Of a stretch of DNA of 64,000 nt, positions 59,427 through 64,000 are shown piece by piece. This DNA is from Candidatus Thorarchaeota archaeon (lineage in GTDB: Archaea; Asgardarchaeota; Thorarchaeia; Thorarchaeales; Thorarchaeaceae), in NCBI GenBank assembly GCA_016933575.1, contig JAFGAR010000101.1, positions 32,001 through 96,000 of the forward strand, given 5' to 3'. A program made the position numbers and the translations under genes. How positions within the stretch are numbered: the first letter of the stretch is position 1; every line of letters starts with the position of its first letter. The notes beneath the pieces were generated by a model. It did no database searches and was not told where the DNA came from. It saw only the letters and a program-made list of their open reading frames with translations.

Positions 59427-61805
59427 TCATTCATTATATGGTTTGATGCGTACAAGAATTGAGTTGAATCCGGGAGTGTTACCAAAGGCAGTATGCTTAT
59501 CGTCGGTCAAGTGATTGATATTACCATCTGCTTCCCACCAACCATCAGAAGTCCAAACAACTCTAGGATCAATTTCATCAGAGATCTCAAGTTTAACATT
59601 TTCAACTAATCCATGTACAGATTCTATTGTTACTCTGTCACCCTCCTTGAGATTGAGTTCAGTTGCTGTTCTTGAGTGCATTCGAAGGAATGATCTATTT
59701 TTACTTGTTTTACTTCTTACAGGCATCCGTATAGGATCTGTCACGACATCGAAAGGACATACATCAATCTGGCATTCTCTACATCCTATACATTTTTCAT
59801 CATCCCATGCAGGTACCAGTAGGGCTGTCATATTTTCCGGTATGCTAATTTTCTCATTGGAGTAACTCACAGCAAGTTCAGCAATGAGTACCCCCAGTTC
59901 ATGACGAAGTTGTGCTCTACTTTCTTCTGTTCTATGTTGGTCGTGTCGTATTTGTTGAACAGTTGGTTGAATAAGTTTTATAGCTTCATCAGGGCATTCA
60001 TTAACACATTTCTTACAGGTCGTACAGTGAGAGTAGCTCTTCACAGTTGCTCCTACTTCGACTGTTGTATATTGAGAATGAAGCCGTGTTCTTGATCTTC
60101 CTGAAATCATAATTAAAGGATAGTTCTTAAAAGTGTCAGGCTGTGAACTAGGACTCTCAGCAGGTTCTTCGTGAAACGGAAGAGGGTCATATCCTGACTC
60201 TTTGAGATCTTTCGAAAAAAGTTCTATCTTTCCGGAAGGCGTTTTGAATATATGATCTTCGAATGGAATAGATGGACTTGATGTCCGAATGCCCTCTGGA
60301 TGTTTAATTAATTCTTCAATTTTGATATGTTTGCATTCCTCACTCTCAAGAGCTGAAATGATAGCTTCTCGTTCATTAATTTGGAAATACTCACTGATTC
60401 CTAATCTCTCAGCAATTCCTTTCCATATTTCTAGTTCATTTCGAACTTCACCCAGAGGTTCCACAATCTTTGGAGCGAACTGCACAATCCTATGAAGTTC
60501 AGAGTGTACCAAATTATCATGTTCGAAGATGAATGTTGCAGGAAGTATGATATCACACAGCATTGCAGTATCAGTCAGTTCGAGATCAATAGAGACTTTG
60601 AAAGGAATGCGTTTCAGTGCCTCAATCGTCTTACTTGTGTTAGGCCATTGAGTCAAAGGGTTCGCTGCTTGGATTATCAACACTTTGATTGGACTCTCAT
60701 CATTCTTTAGAACAAGGTCTGGTATGTAGGTTCCAGATGGAACAATAGGTTTTACAGATTTATCCAGTAAATGATCTAGAGTGATAGCGTTTCCGTTAAA
60801 GGGACTATTATCTGAAGAGAGATATTGGAATCCTCCACCAGAAACTCCAATATATCCGCAGATAGCAAGAAGACTATGAACTGCTCTTGCAGCCCATGTT
60901 CCGTTTGTGTAATGGTTCATACCTGCTGGGGCGGTAGTAATCATTGCTGGTCCATGTGTAGCAAATGTCCTTGCTATTTTCTTAATATCATCCACAGAAA
61001 CCCAAGTTATTTCACTAACTCTCTGTTTGTCATATTCCGAGACCCTCTTTCTATACTCGTCGAAACCTATGACATATTTCTCAACATACTCTTTATCATA
61101 GAGACCTTTGGAGATTATTTCATTCGCAATACCCAGCGCTAGAGCTCCATCAGTCCCTGGTCTAATTGTAGTATAGACATCAGCACTCTTTGCATAAGGT
61201 GTCCTTCGTGGATCTATTACTATGAGTTTAGCTCCATTATCAATTGCTTCTTGGACGTACTTTCTACAATGAATACTGGATTCGTGTTTGTTTGTTCCCC
61301 AAATAACAATACATTGAGAATTTGCCCAGTCACTCAGTTCATGAGGTGGGAATTTTCCAACGTTAAACCTTGCTCCTTCATACGCCGCTTCAAAACAGAT
61401 CTCAGCAATTCCTGGAATCATCCTACACCCGAAGGCATTGGAGAACCGAGATGCATACCGTGGTGCCATCCCATCGTTTCCCGATCCTGAGTAGATTCCA
61501 ACACTTTCAGGTCCAAATCTGTCTTTAACCTCTTTCAACAGTTCTGCAATTTCGTTCAACGCAGTTTCCCATGATATCCGCTTGAAAGTTCCGTCTGATT
61601 TCTTCTGAAGAGGATGGAGTAGTCTATCATCAGAATACATTCTCAAAACATGCGCGTAGCCTTTTGGACAACATCTCCCTTCAGTATAAGTATGATTAGG
61701 GTCTCCTTCCAGTCTCGTAATTTTGCCATTCTCGAGATGCACTACATAGGCGCAAATATCCGGGCAATTGAGTGCGCATGCTGAATAGTGCTTCTCTATC
61801 GACAT
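59427..61805 (-). CDS. Molybdopterin (bis-MGD, DMSO reductase superfamily) oxidoreductase with inserted 2x[4Fe-4S] ferredoxin
   Basis: CALNCPDIC...CPKG, IDPRRT...RPGTDGALA, TDTA..CDIILPA, TPSGKIE, RLHSQ; inserted CTTCKKCVNECP and CIGCRECQIDVCP. Confidence 0.92.
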   Translation of the reverse strand: MSIEKHYSACALNCPDICAYVVHLENGKITRLEGDPNHTYTEGRCCPKGYAHVLRMYSDDRLLHPLQKKSDGTFKRISWETALNEIAELLKEVKDRFGPESVGIYSGSGNDGMAPRYASRFSNAFGCRMIPGIAEICFEAAYEGARFNVGKFPPHELSDWANSQCIVIWGTNKHESSIHCRKYVQEAIDNGAKLIVIDPRRTPYAKSADVYTTIRPGTDGALALGIANEIISKGLYDKEYVEKYVIGFDEYRKRVSEYDKQRVSEITWVSVDDIKKIARTFATHGPAMITTAPAGMNHYTNGTWAARAVHSLLAICGYIGVSGGGFQYLSSDNSPFNGNAITLDHLLDKSVKPIVPSGTYIPDLVLKNDESPIKVLIIQAANPLTQWPNTSKTIEALKRIPFKVSIDLELTDTAMLCDIILPATFIFEHDNLVHSELHRIVQFAPKIVEPLGEVRNELEIWKGIAERLGISEYFQINEREAIISALESEECKHIKIEELIKHPEGIRTSSPSIPFEDHIFKTPSGKIELFSKDLKESGYDPLPFHEEPAESPSSQPDTFKNYPLIMISGRSRTRLHSQYTTVEVGATVKSYSHCTTCKKCVNECPDEAIKLIQPTVQQIRHDQHRTEESRAQLRHELGVLIAELAVSYSNEKISIPENMTALLVPAWDDEKCIGCRECQIDVCPFDVVTDPIRMPVRSKTSKNRSFLRMHSRTATELNLKEGDRVTIESVHGLVENVKLEISDEIDPRVVWTSDGWWEADGNINHLTDDKHTAFGNTPGFNSILVRIKPYNE

Positions 61806-61918
61806 TAATTCAAATCGACATCTTCCGCGGTCAATAACTCTTCCGTAAAGAATTGAATTCTAAATAGAAATCTAATTACGCATAGTTTTATAGTAGCTCG
61901 ATAATTGAGCTGAATTAA

Positions 61919-62506
61919 ATGTCTAAGAGAATCTACACAAGAGCTGGCGATAAAGGAAAAACGGGTATCCTCTCAGGAGAGCGTATAGATAAGGCTGACC
62001 CACGAGTGGAAGCATATGGAACCGTTGATGAGCTGGGTACATTCCTTGGTGTTGCTAAAGTGTATTCATCAAAAAGAATTGCTGAGTACCTACATATCAT
62101 TCAAAAGAAGCTCTTTCTCATCAATTCTGAGCTAGCGACTAATCTTGATTCATTAGAACCTGACAGTCCCCTTAGAAATTTGGAACGAGTTGCTTCTTCT
62201 GATGTTGAATTCCTTGAGAAGCTTGCAGATGAATTATCTGAAGAATTGCCGCTACTCACGAACTTTGTAATTCCAGGTGGGACCATATCCTCTGCATCCC
62301 TCCATGTTTGCAGAACTGTCTGCAGAAGAGCTGAGCGACGCATTATCGACTTTGCCAAATCTTGTCCAGTTAACGAGGAGCTTATACGATACATAAATCG
62401 ACTTTCTGATCTCCTCTTTGTGATGTCGAGATATGAGAATATTGAGGAAGGCGATGGTGATCAAGTTATTTCGAGTGATGGTACAAGAATAATGACTAAA
62501 GACTAG
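61919..62506 (+). CDS. pduO: PduO-type ATP:cob(I)alamin adenosyltransferase
   Basis: IYTRAGDKGKT, AYGTVDEL, FVIPGG, RTVCRRAER, YINRLSDLLF. Confidence 0.95.
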   Translation: MSKRIYTRAGDKGKTGILSGERIDKADPRVEAYGTVDELGTFLGVAKVYSSKRIAEYLHIIQKKLFLINSELATNLDSLEPDSPLRNLERVASSDVEFLEKLADELSEELPLLTNFVIPGGTISSASLHVCRTVCRRAERRIIDFAKSCPVNEELIRYINRLSDLLFVMSRYENIEEGDGDQVISSDGTRIMTKD

Positions 62507-62716
62507 ATATCTGATAAATCAGGGATATTGGAGAGGCTTTCTTGTTTCTAGTAATCCAAATGAAGAACCAATCTCTTTGTTTATATGGTGTTCAGAAATG
62601 TGGTCACAATTACCCAGTATTATCATTAATTCTGACCAGTCACATAGAACATGCCTTGAGAGATTAGCTAATAATTGACTCAAGAAACTCAATAATCAAT
62701 ATTGGAAGTTGTCGAT

Positions 62717-64000
62717 ATGCCTGATACAATTGATATAGAAATACGCGATTACGATGAAACTCTCGCTGAAGGTATTGCCCAGATGTGGAATACTTGGGAT
62801 GAACTTTGGCCCACAAGTTTCACTCAAGGAGTGCCTTACACTGCTGAGCGTGTGCGTAAGCAATTTGGAAATCTAAATGCAATTGCTATCTTAATTGCGA
62901 TTGATATGAATGCTAGAAAACCCGTTGGTTCCTGTACACTCTTCGCTCATATTAGGGATAAGGATGCCGCCTATGTTGGGACTTTAGGTGTATCACCAGA
63001 AGCACTTGGTAAAAAAGTGGGTAAGAGGTTACTTCTTGAGTCATTACAACGGGCTTTGCAAAAAGGCTACAATCGAGTCGATCTCAATACATGGGCTGGG
63101 AATATGAAAGCAGTCCCTCTCTACAAGAAGGTAGGGATGATGTGGAATCCTGAAATGGGTGGAGTTCACATGGAAGATTACATTCCTGGTATTTTAAAAC
63201 ACCCTCTCAGTTCGCTTTTCTTTGGTGATTCTACCAATAATGGTGGTTGGTATGATTTTCATACCCGAGAACCCATTCAAGCCCCAGACGAGTATCAGAA
63301 AATGGGGATGGATATCTATCCTTATGAGTTTTCAAACGGTGACAACAAACTATCTGTCACTGTTGATAGACTTGGCAGAGGAATCACTGCAATTAAACGT
63401 GTAATTGATAATGAAGTGCTTCGAGTGGAAGCGAGTGTTTCCTCACATCAGGTTCTCTGCGGGCTTCCGTATATATTCAAGTTAGAGATTGAGAACAGCA
63501 GTCTATCCGAATTACCAGTTTCATTGAATCTGAAGGGCTTCAAAGGTCTGATTTTCGACAAGACTCCCAATCTCAATTTTAGTGTTCAATCCGGTGAAAC
63601 CCTTGTGTGGGATGTTCCATTTCATTTGGATTCATCAGCAACATTGTATAGGGATAACATTCGAACTCCTGTCATCATCACAGAACTGGATATTGAAGGA
63701 TCAAAGTCTGAATTGCACACAGGCCTGAAGATCAAAACCGCAGCAGAGATTAAGACACGTTGGGGTGAATGTAAAATCAGTGCAGGTGGGAAAGCTACAA
63801 TTCCACTCACAATACTCAACAACATTACCAAATCAGTTAGTGCACGCATCAATTTGCGTTCAACATCCCCCGAACTCAGAGTTACTGCAATGGACGAGAA
63901 TGTAACACTTGATTCAGAGGGTTTTGGTGGGACCATTCTTGAAATCACATCATCAGAGAATCTAGAAAACGGAACTCATGATATATGGGTCAGCTTTGAC
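62717..64000 (+). CDS. Large protein with N-terminal GNAT domain, 3'-truncated by window (absent from ORF track)
   Basis: Manual translation from ATG 62717: MPDTIDIEIRDYD...LGVSPEALGKKVGKRLL...DLNTWAGNMKAVPLYKKVG; the frame appears open to the window end. Confidence 0.85.
   Translation, partial: MPDTIDIEIRDYDETLAEGIAQMWNTWDELWPTSFTQGVPYTAERVRKQFGNLNAIAILIAIDMNARKPVGSCTLFAHIRDKDAAYVGTLGVSPEALGKKVGKRLLLESLQRALQKGYNRVDLNTWAGNMKAVPLYKKVGMMWNPEMGGVHMEDYIPGILKHPLSSLFFGDSTNNGGWYDFHTREPIQAPDEYQKMGMDIYPYEFSNGDNKLSVTVDRLGRGITAIKRVIDNEVLRVEASVSSHQVLCGLPYIFKLEIENSSLSELPVSLNLKGFKGLIFDKTPNLNFSVQSGETLVWDVPFHLDSSATLYRDNIRTPVIITELDIEGSKSELHTGLKIKTAAEIKTRWGECKISAGGKATIPLTILNNITKSVSARINLRSTSPELRVTAMDENVTLDSEGFGGTILEITSSENLENGTHDIWVSFD

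Noticed and set aside
1-64000. tRNA, rRNA, transposase, integrase or prophage
   Set aside because: No such motifs were recognised by eye, and the intergenic gaps are short and AT-rich; tRNAscan-SE/Infernal would be needed to exclude small RNAs.

Overview
Gene-dense archaeal chromosomal segment, most likely from an Asgard archaeon (Thorarchaeota-like; inferred from two Rab-like small GTPases, a longin-like protein, PCI/winged-helix membrane proteins, multi-PAS kinases and GGTGA/GGAGG ribosome-binding sites). It contains a two-component signalling cluster (1-6.7 kb) and a 12.6-kb gene for a 4188-aa single-pass surface protein with about 26 ~96-aa repeats in higher-order blocks. It also has three atypical DNA glycosylase-family genes (Fpg/Nei-like, AlkD-like, YcaQ/AlkZ-like), transporters (ABC, CopA, CorA, EamA, MFS, TauE, ArsB/NhaD), four GNATs, methyltransferases and a molybdopterin oxidoreductase with an inserted ferredoxin. 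The best candidate for an undescribed system is a co-oriented cluster at 37.6-40.6 kb: Rab-like GTPase, small CxxC/CxxxH protein, longin-like protein and a ~15-TM (7+1+7) membrane protein, resembling a receptor/GEF/GTPase module. I found no rRNA, tRNA, CRISPR array or transposase. All family calls come from reading motifs by eye, not from database searches.
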